64,000 bases of DNA from Clostridia bacterium (GTDB lineage: Bacteria > Bacillota > Clostridia > RUG12999). The stretch is taken from contig JAZROP010000041.1 in NCBI GenBank assembly GCA_045648785.1, forward strand, positions 20,268 to 84,267, read 5' to 3'. The notes beneath the pieces are model-generated. The model was not told where the DNA came from, ran no database searches, and saw only the letters and a list, made by a program, of their open reading frames with translations. This document shows positions 63,862 through 64,000 of the stretch, one piece after another (the first letter of the stretch is position 1; every line of letters starts with the position of its first letter). A program made the translations under genes and the position numbers.

Positions 63862-64000
63862 ATGAAAAAGATTATATGGATTATTGTTGCTGCAGTTGCG
63901 ATAATTGCTATACTTTTGGTATCTTCTTACAACGGTCTTGTAGCTTCAAGGGCACAGGTTGATGAAGCCTTTGCAAATATTGATACGCAGCTTCAAAGAC
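63862..64000 (+). CDS. LemA-family protein (3' partial at the window end)
   Basis: MKKIIWIIVAAVAIIAILLVSSYNGLVASRAQVDEAFANIDTQLQR: TM helix followed by the LemA N-terminal motif. Confidence 0.75.
   Translation, partial: MKKIIWIIVAAVAIIAILLVSSYNGLVASRAQVDEAFANIDTQLQR

Overview
This is a low-GC chromosomal backbone window from a spore-forming Firmicutes (Clostridia-like) genome. Almost all of it is recognisable housekeeping genes in conserved synteny. No transposase, integrase, phage module, CRISPR array or recognisable defense/toxin system is visible. The features that are not explained by ordinary annotation are non-coding: a small structured intergenic repeat family (two identical tandem copies between prfB and nfeD, and one diverged copy between pgk and tpiA), a phased array of nine CATGAATTG / CAATTCATG modules in a promoter-proximal leader region, RNA hairpins in the intercistronic gaps of the glycolytic operon (one sequesters the eno Shine-Dalgarno), the prfB +1 recoding site, and several gene remnants.

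Genes on the + strand, in order:
- Glycogen operon glgB (5' partial), glgC, glgD, glgA, glgP, followed by a GH13 neopullulanase-like enzyme.
- A DnaD-domain protein and a DnaI/DnaC-like helicase loader, divergent from nrdR.
- Aldose 1-epimerase.
- tRNA-Arg(ACG) with its own promoter and terminator.
- A class-I fumarate hydratase alpha subunit with no adjacent beta subunit.
- A hypothetical protein followed by a YtxC-like protein.
- trmB.
- An aldo/keto reductase fragment and an AEC-family transporter behind a repeat-rich leader.
- A MATE transporter fragment.
- A zinc-ribbon membrane protein.
- typA, a phosphohexomutase, hisS and aspS.
- An ABC-2 transporter with GldG-like and DUF4340 auxiliary proteins, and a LemA fragment at the window edge.

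Genes on the - strand, in order:
- rhaB-like FGGY kinase, an SPFH (stomatin-like) protein and NfeD.
- prfB (with its +1 frameshift) and secA.
- ftsH, hpt and tilS.
- The replicative helicase dnaB, rplI, gdpP and yybS, in Bacillus-like order.
- A PcrA/UvrD helicase, an orphan SBP_5 lipoprotein, a polysaccharide deacetylase and nrdR.
- An AraC helix-turn-helix remnant.
- yunB and a 35-aa hydrophobic micro-ORF.
- An alpha/beta hydrolase.
- The glycolytic block eno, gpmI, tpiA, pgk, with no gapA or cggR upstream.
- tyrS.
- A CAP-domain secreted protein, a YkfC-like NlpC/P60 peptidase and a cysteine-rich hypothetical protein.
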